A stretch of 64,000 nucleotides of DNA from Planctomycetales bacterium. Lineage in GTDB: Bacteria; Planctomycetota; Planctomycetia; Pirellulales; Lacipirellulaceae. Where the stretch lies: NCBI GenBank assembly GCA_020427155.1, contig JAGQOW010000012.1:149-64148 (forward strand), given 5' to 3'. Position numbers and translations under genes: made by a program. Positions 11,660 through 21,938 of this stretch are shown one piece after another; the stretch's first letter is position 1; every line of letters begins with the position of its first letter. The notes under the pieces were generated by a model. That model was not told the origin of the DNA. It saw nothing but the letters and a program-made list of their open reading frames with translations, and made no database searches.

Positions 11660-13309
11660 ATGGACCAGATCCTCGAGCAAGTAAGCCGGGCCCGCCGCCG
11701 TCTGGGCTGGGAGCTGTTTCTCAATCGACTCGTCCGCTGTTGGTTTTTCGGCCTCTTCCTCGCTCTCCTGGCCATCGCTGCACCCAAAGTTGCGACTATC
11801 GAAAACCTCCCCGCCAATTGGTCCCTGCAATGTGGCCTGGCGGCGATCCTCGGCGGTGCGCTGGTCGCCGCCGTTTGGACCTGGTGGCGCGGCCGTACTG
11901 AATTGGAAGCCGCGGTCGAAATCGACCAGCGCTACGGTCTTAAGGAACGCATCGCCAGCAGCCTCTCCTTGTCCGCAACTGATGCCGAAACTCCCGCTGG
12001 TCAAGCGCTGCTCGCCGACGCCGTGCGCGCCGTGCGACGAGTCGATATCGAAGAGCAATTTCAGATCCGCTTCCAGCAGCGCGCTTGGCTGCCCCTCGTG
12101 CCGGCCCTGCTCGCTTTTTTGCTGGCCACGCTTGTCGACAATCGCGAAGCCCAGAGCAGCGTCGATCCTCAAACCAAAATCTCGCAAGTACAGCAGGAGA
12201 ACGCCGCCAAGGCACTGCGCAAACGACTGGCCGAACGCCGTGAGCAAGCGGCCAAAAAAGGCCTTAAAGACGCCGAAGGCCTGTTCCGCGATCTCGAGAA
12301 GCAAACCGAAAAACTGGCCGAGACCCGAGACGCCGATCACAAGAAGACCTTGGTGAAGCTCAACGATCTGGCCCAGCAGTTGGAACAGCGACGCCAAGAA
12401 TTAGGAGGCGATCAAGAGCTTCGCAAGCAATTCGAAAAGATGGGCAAATTCAAACGGGGCCCTGCCGACAAAATGGTCGAGGCCATGAAGCAAGGCCAAT
12501 GGCAGAAAGCCATCAGCGAACTCGATAAGCTCAAGAAACAAATCGAAACCGGCAAGCTCGATCCCGAGGCCAAGAAAGAACTCGAAGAGCAACTCAGTGA
12601 GCTGAAACAAAAAATGCAGGAGGCCTCCGATGCACGCAAGCAGGCCATGGATGAACTGAAAAAGGAAATCGAGAAAGAAAAGAAACAAGGCAATCTGTCG
12701 CGCGCCGGCGAGCTTCAGCAAAAGCTCGACCAGATGCAGCAGCAACAACAAAAGATGGAGCAGCTCGCACAACTGGCCCAAAAGATGGGAGAGTGCCAGC
12801 AGTGCATGAAAGAAGGCGACTCCCAGGGAGCAGCCAAGTCGCTCAGCGAGATGATGCAACAGATGGAGCAGCTCCAGCAAGAATTGGAAGAAAGCGAGAT
12901 GCTCGAAATGGCCATGGACCAACTGCAAATGGCCAAAGATTCCATGGCCTGCAGCCAGTGCCAAGGCATGGGTTGCCAGGCCTGCCAGGGCAACGGGATG
13001 AGCGATCAATTCAGCGAAAACCAGGGCAACGGCATGGGGGCGGGTCGCGGCTATGGACCTCGCCCCGATGAGAAAAATCCGACCAATTTTCGCGATTCAC
13101 GCGTCCGCCAGAACCCTGGCCGTGGGGCCGCCGTGATCGTCGGTGAAGCTGACGGCCCGAATCGTCGCGGCCAGGTCGTCGAGGCAGTCAAGGAACAAAT
13201 GGCAGTCGACGCTGGCCAGCCAGCCGATCCGCTCGTTGTCGAAAAGCTGCCCAAATCCCACCGAGAACACGCCGAAGAGTACTTCAATCGGCTCCGCGAG
13301 GGGCAATAG
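11660..13309 (+). CDS. membrane-anchored long coiled-coil protein with a Cys-rich motif
   Basis: Three N-terminal TM segments, AA.EID.RYGLKER.ASSL linker, about 250-aa Q/K/E coiled coil, CxxCxGxG twice, Gly-rich linker, C-terminal LP..HRE....YF. Confidence 0.8.
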   Translation: MDQILEQVSRARRRLGWELFLNRLVRCWFFGLFLALLAIAAPKVATIENLPANWSLQCGLAAILGGALVAAVWTWWRGRTELEAAVEIDQRYGLKERIASSLSLSATDAETPAGQALLADAVRAVRRVDIEEQFQIRFQQRAWLPLVPALLAFLLATLVDNREAQSSVDPQTKISQVQQENAAKALRKRLAERREQAAKKGLKDAEGLFRDLEKQTEKLAETRDADHKKTLVKLNDLAQQLEQRRQELGGDQELRKQFEKMGKFKRGPADKMVEAMKQGQWQKAISELDKLKKQIETGKLDPEAKKELEEQLSELKQKMQEASDARKQAMDELKKEIEKEKKQGNLSRAGELQQKLDQMQQQQQKMEQLAQLAQKMGECQQCMKEGDSQGAAKSLSEMMQQMEQLQQELEESEMLEMAMDQLQMAKDSMACSQCQGMGCQACQGNGMSDQFSENQGNGMGAGRGYGPRPDEKNPTNFRDSRVRQNPGRGAAVIVGEADGPNRRGQVVEAVKEQMAVDAGQPADPLVVEKLPKSHREHAEEYFNRLREGQ

Positions 13310-13577
13310 CAGCTCTCTTGCGCCACCGGCGCAGCACCAAACTCGGTCTCGCACCTCCTCCTTCTCCAGGCTTTCCAGGTTGGCGAGGTGATCAAGAATT
13401 CTGGCCATTTGGCGTAGGGCAGACAAAATGGGCGCTATATATTCAAGGCCTGGGCAAGGACGGACGTGAGTCCTGTCAGACCGGTGGTGTCGCGCCGATT
13501 ATGCCGGTGGTAACGCCCTCGCTGTTATGACCTAGAGTTACTGGTAGCCCCGTACTTCCGCAAACCAAGAGGCTCCC

Positions 13578-15902
13578 GTGTATCGAGCCATTGCAAAACG
13601 CCTGACAATGCTGCTGGCTATAGCCGCAGTAGCTTTGACCCTCGCATCTCACCCAGCACTGGCGCTCGCTCCAGACGATACGTCGCGACTGACGGCCGCA
13701 CTCGATCAACTGGACCAATGGATTGGCGACGAAGCCAACGGAGACAAGTGGCGAAAGTATCTGGGCAGCCCAACGCTGCGCGCGACCATCGAGAAAGGGG
13801 CCGCAGCCGATCCGGCGATTGTTTCTCGAGTGCTCGAGCAATACCTCACCGGCGTTACGGGGCTCGACCTGCCGCAATTCGTCGCCGTGCGGCGTGAAAT
13901 TGAAGCTTGGCGCGAAGCCTTGAAAGAGCAATACCTCGACGACCTGCCCAAGCTGGCGTGGGCCTCGCGCGGCGACTATCAACCTGCCAGCCGCGCCGAG
14001 CGTCTTGCTCCCAGTCTCTCGAAGCTCCGTCAATCTGCCAAATCCTTGGAGCGAACTCTCGGCACTGATACCCAGTTTGCAAACAATTGGAAACGCTACT
14101 TGCGTTGGGAACGCCTCCAGCCTCACCTGGCAGGAGAAGTTGCGGTCGGCGATGAATCATTCGCCGATCTCACGGCAGTGCTCAAACGCTTTCGATCGAA
14201 CGTCCCCGGTCTGGAGAACCCTGCCTTTACACAGACGGCAAACGCTCTGGACGAGTACCGAGGTATGTTCGAGTGGTACTTGGTAGTCGACGATACTGGC
14301 CGCCGCTCGCGCAGGCGGTACAATCCTCGAGACCTCGAGCGTCGGGCCTATCAGCTACAACTGCTGGAACTCGAAAAACAGCTTTCTCGGCATCAGCAAA
14401 CGGCAACCATCGAGACTTCCCGCAAGGTCGACGAACTGGTTGGCCTGGTACAGCGACTCGATCAGTCACCTCAGTTGATCAACGCAATCCGGTCGCAATT
14501 CACCAGGCCCAATGTTTTTACCCAGGTGACCGAATCGACACTCAACCGCCTGGCCCAGCGTCCTGTCCATGAAATGCAACCTGTCCGCGACTGTATTCTC
14601 GGCGCCTCCATACGTGGCTGCGCCGACTCTGCCGGATTCCTGACCCTCGAGACTCTCCCAGCTCACGACCACGTTGCCATCGAGCTGCAGCTCTCAGGCA
14701 ACATCCATTCCAACACAGTCGGACTCAGAAAACCTGTACGGATCCTCAGCCGAAGTCTAACAAGCTTCACTGCTACCAAGCAGGTAAACATTAGCGACGA
14801 TCGCTTTGTAGCGCTTGCTGCCGGTGCGTCGGCGCGGACAAATTCTAAAGTGCGTTCTATCAAGAAGACCGGTGGCCAGTTTGCCCATCGCCTCGTCGAA
14901 CGCATTGCCTGGAAAAAAGTGGGCGAGAGCAAGTCTCAAAGCGAGTATATCGCTTCGCAACACGCCAAGCAGAAGATCATCAATAAGTTCAACTCCCAAG
15001 TCGCCGACCAGATCGTCCAAGCACGCCACCGCTACGACCGCGAGGCCCGGCCTCCCCTGGTACGCGTCGGCATGTTCCCCGAGTATCTGCAAATGGCTTC
15101 CACCGACCACTCCGTCGGCATCGAGGCTCGTCTGGCTTCTTACGAACAGATTTCGACCGACACTGTGCCTATCGAGACAAGTGTCGCCTCCGATCTATCG
15201 ATGAGAGTCCACGAAACGGCAATCAACAACTTCTTGCCCACCATTCTGGCAGGAGTCGGCCTTGCTCAAGAGGCCGAAGACGATCCCCCCAAGCTGCAAG
15301 GCGATTTTCCCTCCTGGCTTGATGAACTGGCACAAAAGCACGGCGGCAGACGCCAATCAGCCGCCGAGACTCCCTCAGAGCCCGCACTGCCCCCTCCCGC
15401 TAACCAAACAGAACAAGAGCAACAGGCCGCAGAAGCCGACACCGAATTCAAACCTTTTTCGCTCACACTCAACCGCTCGTATCCGATCAGCGTCAAATTC
15501 GACGACCAGCAACTCACGCTCCGCATCCGAGTTGCCGAATTGAAGACGATCGAGGAAGGCGCAGAACAGATCCGCGAAAACTGGGATTTTATCCTCACTT
15601 TTCAGGTCATTCAGAACGAAGACGGCGTCGTCCTGCGACGCATCGGCGATGTCGAACCCTTTCCTACCGGATTCGACCCTGAGCCGCGCTGGGGAGACAA
15701 ACTTCCTGGCGAAGACGTGGCAACCCGCGGAGCGCTGACCAAGATTCTCAACAAACGCGCCGCCAGCAAGAATGCGCTGCCCAGAGATATCGAACTACCA
15801 CCGATTCAATTCACCTCCCCCGAGGGAGTTGAAAAGACTCTCGTCCTCCGTCACCTCGACTGTGACAACGGCTGGCTGACCCTTGGCTACGCGCTCCCCT
15901 GA
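13578..15902 (+). CDS. large exported hypothetical protein
   Basis: 774-aa ORF, signal peptide (ALA-LA), repeated W..YL motifs, consistent codon bias. Confidence 0.8.
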   Translation: MYRAIAKRLTMLLAIAAVALTLASHPALALAPDDTSRLTAALDQLDQWIGDEANGDKWRKYLGSPTLRATIEKGAAADPAIVSRVLEQYLTGVTGLDLPQFVAVRREIEAWREALKEQYLDDLPKLAWASRGDYQPASRAERLAPSLSKLRQSAKSLERTLGTDTQFANNWKRYLRWERLQPHLAGEVAVGDESFADLTAVLKRFRSNVPGLENPAFTQTANALDEYRGMFEWYLVVDDTGRRSRRRYNPRDLERRAYQLQLLELEKQLSRHQQTATIETSRKVDELVGLVQRLDQSPQLINAIRSQFTRPNVFTQVTESTLNRLAQRPVHEMQPVRDCILGASIRGCADSAGFLTLETLPAHDHVAIELQLSGNIHSNTVGLRKPVRILSRSLTSFTATKQVNISDDRFVALAAGASARTNSKVRSIKKTGGQFAHRLVERIAWKKVGESKSQSEYIASQHAKQKIINKFNSQVADQIVQARHRYDREARPPLVRVGMFPEYLQMASTDHSVGIEARLASYEQISTDTVPIETSVASDLSMRVHETAINNFLPTILAGVGLAQEAEDDPPKLQGDFPSWLDELAQKHGGRRQSAAETPSEPALPPPANQTEQEQQAAEADTEFKPFSLTLNRSYPISVKFDDQQLTLRIRVAELKTIEEGAEQIRENWDFILTFQVIQNEDGVVLRRIGDVEPFPTGFDPEPRWGDKLPGEDVATRGALTKILNKRAASKNALPRDIELPPIQFTSPEGVEKTLVLRHLDCDNGWLTLGYALP

Positions 15903-16029
15903 GCGATAGCAATCCAATCTCGAACACCAGCTTTGCCAGCACCTCGCCGGCCGGCCCTGCTAGCCGTGAATCGTCGCTAGCAGGTTTGAGGCTTGTTTCT
16001 CGTTATTTCGTTCAATCGGCCAACATTGT

Positions 16030-16057
16030 CAAAGTTTGACGATTATGCCGACGATAA
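16030..16057 (+). promoter_or_regulatory. candidate sigma-28(FliA)-like promoter
   Basis: CAAAG-N15-GACGATAA versus consensus TAAAG...GCCGATAA; same geometry as 23815-23842. Confidence 0.4.
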
Positions 16058-16259
16058 CAATTACGCTGACTTTTCTGGAGTCCGTTGCGCGACCTCTATC
16101 GGTCACTCAGTGCTAGCAGAAAACTCGGCCCTAGGGGGGTGGGTGTTTCGGGCTTAATGAGGATCCGTCGTCGGAGATTCGCAAGTTCGACTTCACTCTG
16201 TCGTGCCTCGCAACAGCCCGAAGCGCCTTGCGGACCACCCTTGCTAGGAATGCAGCATC

Positions 16260-18815
16260 ATGAATCGGCAGGTTCAAATCTTTACGACGTGGGCACTCTG
16301 CGTCCTGACGCTCGTGTCAGGTTGCAAGCCAACCCAACCGTTCTTCCTTTCAGAAGACGGCAACCTGTTCGGCAAGGGCGATCTCTCGCACTACATGGAC
16401 GTAGCCACTCAGATCGAATACCCCGATGTGAATGAACCCTCGCTCGACGAGGTCTGCTCAGCGCGCCCGCCGCTCACGCTGTCCAACGCCGAAGATTACG
16501 AGTTCATGGATGTAACACTCCAAGAAGTCACTCGCATCACTTTGGCCAATAGCAAGGTTATTCGACAGTTGGGCGGCAGAATCTCCGATGCGGGAAGCAA
16601 TATCGCCAACACCACGCCAATCACACTTACTGGCAATGGGGTTGCTGTCGCCACCTCGTATGACCCTGCCTTGGCGGAGAGCGGCAACGGGACTTCCACC
16701 GGCAGCCAGTACAGCGGAACCGGCGTCGAAGCCGCATTGGCAGAATTCGACGCCAAGCTCGATAGCAGCATCAACTGGGGATACGTGGATCGACCGCAGA
16801 ACTTCGGCGGGGGGATTATTGGTTCGATCTTTGCCAACGAATTCCGACAGGACACGGGCAAAGGCACTCTTGGCATCACCAAGACCACCGCCAGCGGCGG
16901 CACTCTCGAGTTTCGTAACAACACGATCTACGACCTGAACAACAATGGCAGCCGCGCTCAGCCCAGCGACTGGCTCACCAATTTCGAAGCTGCCTTCACT
17001 CAGCCCTTGCTGCAAGGTGCTGGCACGCAGTACAACCGCATCGCGGGGCCTTTTTCTTTTCAACAGTCTTCCAGCGGATTTGCCAATCAAATCGACGGTG
17101 TCGTCATTGCTCGTATCAGACACGACATCACCCTCACGACCTTCGAACAAGGCATTCGCGACCTGATGCGCGACGTCGAAGATGCTTACTGGGAACTCTA
17201 CTTCACCTACCGCGATCTCGAGGCCCGAAAGATCGGCCGCGACAGTGCCTTGGAGACCTGGCGGCGCATCAAGTCGCTGGGGCGCGTCGGTGCGCAGGGC
17301 GGCGAAGCAAGCAACGAAGCTCAAGCACGCTCACAGTACTTCCTCTTCCGCTCGCAAGCCGAGGCCGCCCAAACCAATCTCTTCCGCGTTGAAAACCGCC
17401 TGCGCTACATGATGGGCCTGGCTGTCTCTGATGGGCGACTCTTCCGACCGATTGACGAACCCACTACCGCTCAGGTGCGCTTCGACTGGACCACCATCCA
17501 CTGCGAAGCTCTCGCCCGCCGCAGCGAGCTTCGTAGCCAACGCTGGGAAGTGAAAAAACGCGAACTCGAACTGATCGCCTCGCGCAACCATCTCTTACCG
17601 AGACTCGATGCAGTTGGCCGCTATCGTTGGCTGGGTGCAGGCGACGACCTGATCAATAGCAGCGGTACCGGGGCGCCACCTTTTCTCGACGGTTCCAATG
17701 CCTTTGAGGTCCTGACGACAGGCAATTACCAGGAGTGGGAACTGGGCGTTCAGTTGTCGATGCCCATCGGCTTCCGCCGTGCCATGGTCGGTGTCCGCCA
17801 TCATCAGTTGTTGCTGGCTCGCGAACGTTCGGTACTCGAAGACATGGAGCTAGAAGTTTCTCATCAACTGGGCGATGCAGTCCGCGACATTGACCTCAAC
17901 TACGCGACAACGCAAACTCACTTCAACCGACGGGTCGCAGCGATCGACGAAGTCGACGCCGTCCGTACGCTGTTCGAAGTCGGCAATACCACGCTGGACC
18001 AGCTGCTCGACGCCCAACGCCGGCGCTCCGAGGCCGATTCTGCCTACTATCGCTCGCTTGTCGATTACAATCGCGCTATAATGCGAGCACACCACCGCAA
18101 GGGATCGCTCCTGGAATACAATGGCGTGTACCTGGCCGAAGGACCTTGGCCGGGGAAAGCCTACTTCGACGCTTTGCGACGGGCGCGCCAACGGGATGCC
18201 AGTACCTATCTCGATTATGGATTTACCCGACCTAACGTTATCAGCCGTGGTCCGTATGGCCAAATCACCCATCAATCCGTTCCAATCACCGAGATTCCCA
18301 CTCCAGTTGGGGAGGAGACTCCACTGGAGAATCCGGCCGACGATCAGTCTGCCCCTGCGCGAGAAGAGGTCATTCCAACTCCTGACGAAACCGACTCGAC
18401 ACCGCCTACCACCGCGACCTCTGTTCACAACAACGGCCTCGCGGCACTCCCAGCAGTGGAAGACAATGCTTTTGGGACGTTCGGCGCCATGCCAGCAAAC
18501 TACCAGCAGCAACCGCTCACCGGCCCGGCCCAAGCGGAACCACTCGTCGTTCCTCGATATTTACCCCAAGCGGTTGCCCCGCTGCCAGAGCCTTCCAGCG
18601 CCCCTAATCCCTATCGAACCGGACAAGTTGACGGCAACCTAGAGTCTGCCGTCAACGATTCTGACAATCCGCCTGCCTTGAATCCGCTGCGACATCCCGA
18701 ACCGCTTCGCCAAGCACCCCTCAATTGGATCCGCGAACAACCGCCTTCAACTGCCAATGAAGCTCAAGCGAACCGCACGACTGCTGAAACTTCTGCAAAC
18801 TCTGCAAGCCGGTAA
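16260..18815 (+). CDS. TolC-family outer membrane lipoprotein with long Pro-rich C-terminal tail
   Basis: Lipobox VSGC; outer membrane efflux repeats (VEDAYWEL, LLPRLD, LLDAQRR..A...Y.R.LVDYN). Confidence 0.85.
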   Translation: MNRQVQIFTTWALCVLTLVSGCKPTQPFFLSEDGNLFGKGDLSHYMDVATQIEYPDVNEPSLDEVCSARPPLTLSNAEDYEFMDVTLQEVTRITLANSKVIRQLGGRISDAGSNIANTTPITLTGNGVAVATSYDPALAESGNGTSTGSQYSGTGVEAALAEFDAKLDSSINWGYVDRPQNFGGGIIGSIFANEFRQDTGKGTLGITKTTASGGTLEFRNNTIYDLNNNGSRAQPSDWLTNFEAAFTQPLLQGAGTQYNRIAGPFSFQQSSSGFANQIDGVVIARIRHDITLTTFEQGIRDLMRDVEDAYWELYFTYRDLEARKIGRDSALETWRRIKSLGRVGAQGGEASNEAQARSQYFLFRSQAEAAQTNLFRVENRLRYMMGLAVSDGRLFRPIDEPTTAQVRFDWTTIHCEALARRSELRSQRWEVKKRELELIASRNHLLPRLDAVGRYRWLGAGDDLINSSGTGAPPFLDGSNAFEVLTTGNYQEWELGVQLSMPIGFRRAMVGVRHHQLLLARERSVLEDMELEVSHQLGDAVRDIDLNYATTQTHFNRRVAAIDEVDAVRTLFEVGNTTLDQLLDAQRRRSEADSAYYRSLVDYNRAIMRAHHRKGSLLEYNGVYLAEGPWPGKAYFDALRRARQRDASTYLDYGFTRPNVISRGPYGQITHQSVPITEIPTPVGEETPLENPADDQSAPAREEVIPTPDETDSTPPTTATSVHNNGLAALPAVEDNAFGTFGAMPANYQQQPLTGPAQAEPLVVPRYLPQAVAPLPEPSSAPNPYRTGQVDGNLESAVNDSDNPPALNPLRHPEPLRQAPLNWIREQPPSTANEAQANRTTAETSANSASR

Positions 18816-19734
18816 CGGGCAGAATGCCGATGCGCTAGCCAAGGCATGCGACGTAAGCCGCCGAACGGTTTTTCGCGACCTCGAAACTCTCCGCGCATCC
18901 GGCATACCGCTCGAATTTCAGCGCGAGTCTGACCGCTATTACATTCCCAGCTCGTACTTCCTGCCCCCCACCAACTTCACCGCCGAAGAAGCGCTGTCGA
19001 TCATCGCGCTTGCCGGCGAAATGGGCGACGACGACGGGGTGCCTTTTTTTAAGCCCGCCCGCCAGGCAGCGCTCAAGCTAGAAAGCAGCCTGCCCGCCCC
19101 GCTGCGCGAAGACCTGCAAACCATGACCCGAGCTATCCGTGTTGATCTCGATCCGGTCAATCCGCTCACCGGCAAGGACATCGTCTATCAGCAGTTGGTC
19201 GATTCGATTGCCAGTCGAAACGTGGTGCGCATCACCTATGAGAGTTTGACCGAGTGGGAAACGATTACCACAAAACTGCGGCCCTACCAGCTACTGTTCA
19301 GCCGTCGTAGCTGGTATGTCGTGGGTCGAAGCACTCTCCATGCGTCGGTCCGCACATTCAATTTAAGCCGTATCTCTAAAATCGAAACACTCAAAGAAAA
19401 ATACGCTGTCGCGAGAGGTTTCAATCTGGATCGCTATTTGGGCAACGCCTGGCATCTTATCCCCGAAGCAGGACACGACTACAACGTCATCGTTCGCTTT
19501 CAGCCCCTGGTGGCCCGCAATGTCGCTGAAGTGGTCTGGCACAAGACCCAGAAGCTCGACTTTCAAAGCGATGGCTGTCTCGACTTCTATGTCCGCGTTT
19601 CCGGGTTAAGTGAAATTGCCTGGTGGATCATGGGCTACGGCGACCAGGCCGAGGTTGTCAGGCCCGCCAAGCTCCGCAAAATCATTGCTCATCGCGTGGC
19701 AAATATGCACGCCGCCTACAACGGACGCACTTGA
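18757..19734 (+). CDS. WYL-domain transcriptional regulator (wHTH-WYL-WCX, YafY/PafBC-like)
   Basis: VSRRTVFRDLETL HTH, PYQL...RRSWYVVG, RTFNLSRI, WIMGYGDQAEV..P. Confidence 0.93.
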   Translation: MKLKRTARLLKLLQTLQAGNGQNADALAKACDVSRRTVFRDLETLRASGIPLEFQRESDRYYIPSSYFLPPTNFTAEEALSIIALAGEMGDDDGVPFFKPARQAALKLESSLPAPLREDLQTMTRAIRVDLDPVNPLTGKDIVYQQLVDSIASRNVVRITYESLTEWETITTKLRPYQLLFSRRSWYVVGRSTLHASVRTFNLSRISKIETLKEKYAVARGFNLDRYLGNAWHLIPEAGHDYNVIVRFQPLVARNVAEVVWHKTQKLDFQSDGCLDFYVRVSGLSEIAWWIMGYGDQAEVVRPAKLRKIIAHRVANMHAAYNGRT

Positions 19735-19880
19735 AATGCTGAACCGTCAACTGGCAGCCGATGGTTCAAACGCCAGCGGCAATATGTTACGATTCTCCAA
19801 ACTACGACTGCTTTGCCATTTCCAAACTCGAGTAGTCTTGACCCACCCTCGCTATCTCCTGCTCACCGCCGATCTGCCGT

Positions 19881-20492
19881 ATGTTTTTTTCTTTCGATGG
19901 CCTGGATGGCGTCGGCAAGACGACCCAAATGCAGCTTTTCTGCCAGTGGCTTGCCGAACAAAAAACCGAGGTCGTTACCTGCCGCGATCCTGGTAGCACG
20001 CCACTGGGCGAACGCATCCGCGAGATACTGCTCTTGAGCGACGAGCAAACTCCGATCGCCGCATGTTCCGAGATGCTGCTCTATATGGCCGCTCGCGCCC
20101 AATTGGTCGACGAGATAATCCGCCCTGCCCTCGAGGCCGACAAGACCGTTGTCTCCGATCGTTACCTGTTGGCTAACATCGTCTATCAGGGACATGCCGG
20201 CGGATTAGAACCCGATGCCGTACGAACAGTAGGCCAAGTCGCTACTGGGGGTATTCTTCCCGATTGTACCTTTCTGCTTGATATGTCTCCCAAAAGTGCA
20301 ATGCGTCGCATGGGCGATCAACTCGATCGTATGGAAAGCCGCGGCGACGGTTACCGCCAACGCTTACGTGACGGGTTTTTGGCCGAAGCGGAACGAACTG
20401 ACGGTGCAATTCACGTGATCGATGCAGACCGGCCCGTTGACGTCGTCCAGGCAGAACTTCAAGCGATTGCAACTCCTCTGCTAGCCGGCTGA
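19881..20492 (+). CDS. tmk: thymidylate kinase
   Basis: DGLDGVGKTTQ P-loop, RDPG, DRY, YQG. Confidence 0.96.
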   Translation: MFFSFDGLDGVGKTTQMQLFCQWLAEQKTEVVTCRDPGSTPLGERIREILLLSDEQTPIAACSEMLLYMAARAQLVDEIIRPALEADKTVVSDRYLLANIVYQGHAGGLEPDAVRTVGQVATGGILPDCTFLLDMSPKSAMRRMGDQLDRMESRGDGYRQRLRDGFLAEAERTDGAIHVIDADRPVDVVQAELQAIATPLLAG

Positions 20493-20536
20493 GCCTGAAA
20501 TGGCTCCGTCGCAGTCAAGCGTCAATCGGCAGAAAC

Positions 20537-21493
20537 TTAGCAATCCACTTGTTCCTTCGCCCTTCGCCCCCAACGCTCCAACATCAGAATGCCCGTCAAG
20601 GCAATCGCGGCCAGGATCACACAGACGGTGACGTCTTGTCCCCAATGGTCAGGCACAAAACTCTCGTACTGCTTGAGTCGCAGCTTTTCTACTTCGGGGG
20701 TCAGGTCGCGCTGAAATGGCCACATCAATCGCAGTGAACCGACCATAAAACCACCCAAGATAGCCATCGTCGTACGATGCGCATGAACCAACAGCCAGCG
20801 CAATAGCTTGCTGAAACTAATCAACCCCACAACACAACCAGACGCAAACACCATTAAGACGAGCAGCTCGCTCGACGTGAGTTCCAAACGCGGAGCAGAG
20901 TGCACCATCCCCGCCACGGTAACATAGGCGCCCAACAGCCACAGAATGTACGACCCACTGATCCCGGGCAGGATCATGGCACAGATAGCTACGACTCCAC
21001 ACAAAAAGTAGTAGCCTAGCGAATCGTGCGAAGTCCCCTGCGGCAAACCTACGAGCCAATAGGCAAAGTAGCCGGCAATCGCCGCAATCACCCAACAACC
21101 AATAAGCTGACGCCTGTCTCGGGGCTGCACCATACGGGCCACAATCAAGCTCGAGGCCAGAATCAAGCCAAAGAAGACCGACAAGGTGTACATTCTGTAG
21201 TCGAGCAGCAACTTCAGAACCAGGCTGGCAAGCGATACGACCCCGAGCAGGATTCCCAGCCCGAGGCTGACCAGGAATCGCAAGTCAATATGCTCCGCAG
21301 CCGATCCCCATTGCCTGCCTGCCAAGAGCCCCAGCAACCGGCGATCACAATGACTGATGGCCGAAACGAGACGCTCGTAGATGCCTAAAACCAGCGCAAT
21401 CGTCCCACCCGAGACTCCCGGGATGATATCCGCCCCCCCCATGAGAAATCCACGTCCCAACTGGAGTATGTCCTCGCGGCTTGGTCGAATCAA
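20537..21493 (-). CDS. DUF368 membrane protein (undecaprenyl-phosphate translocase family)
   Basis: MGGADIIPGVSGGTIA and AMILPGISGS repeats; TTG start with GGAG RBS. Confidence 0.92.
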   Translation of the reverse strand: MIRPSREDILQLGRGFLMGGADIIPGVSGGTIALVLGIYERLVSAISHCDRRLLGLLAGRQWGSAAEHIDLRFLVSLGLGILLGVVSLASLVLKLLLDYRMYTLSVFFGLILASSLIVARMVQPRDRRQLIGCWVIAAIAGYFAYWLVGLPQGTSHDSLGYYFLCGVVAICAMILPGISGSYILWLLGAYVTVAGMVHSAPRLELTSSELLVLMVFASGCVVGLISFSKLLRWLLVHAHRTTMAILGGFMVGSLRLMWPFQRDLTPEVEKLRLKQYESFVPDHWGQDVTVCVILAAIALTGILMLERWGRRAKEQVDC

Positions 21494-21664
21494 ACGATCT
21501 GCTCCCTGCAGGTTGCGGCTTGTATGTCTCAGCCCCCTCTGTAGGGAAGCACGACACTTTCACTAGTTTCACTAATGTAGTTTAAATCGTAGCAGCCGGT
21601 ACGAAAGATCGCTCTCTGAACACGTCCACCCAGTCGTCTCGTAGTTGGGCTTCTTGTACTTACA

Positions 21665-21693
21665 TTGACCTTGGGCAAGAATCGCGCTAAAAT
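21665..21693 (+). promoter_or_regulatory. sigma-70-type promoter upstream of ispE-spoVG
   Basis: TTGACC-N17-TAAAAT. Confidence 0.65.
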
Positions 21694-21938
21694 GCCGTGA
21701 CTATTCGAGTTACGGTCAATATCTATTCGCGATCGAGCTGTCGCTTCCACCAATCTAATCATCAAGGCCAAGCAAAAGCGACACCCAGTTTCACCACTCC
21801 GTTCCATTCAGATACATACCAAATTGAAAACAACCTGCTGCTGTGTGGGTTGTCGACAGCGTTTCGAGTTACGACTGCATTGATTTCGCCCAGCGCTGGG
21901 CAAGCGGTTCAAGCTGACGATGATTCTGGACGTGCACC

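Noticed and set aside
12400-12950. CAG/CAA-rich apparent repeats
   Set aside because: Explained by the Gln/Lys/Glu coiled-coil coding sequence, not a DNA repeat array.
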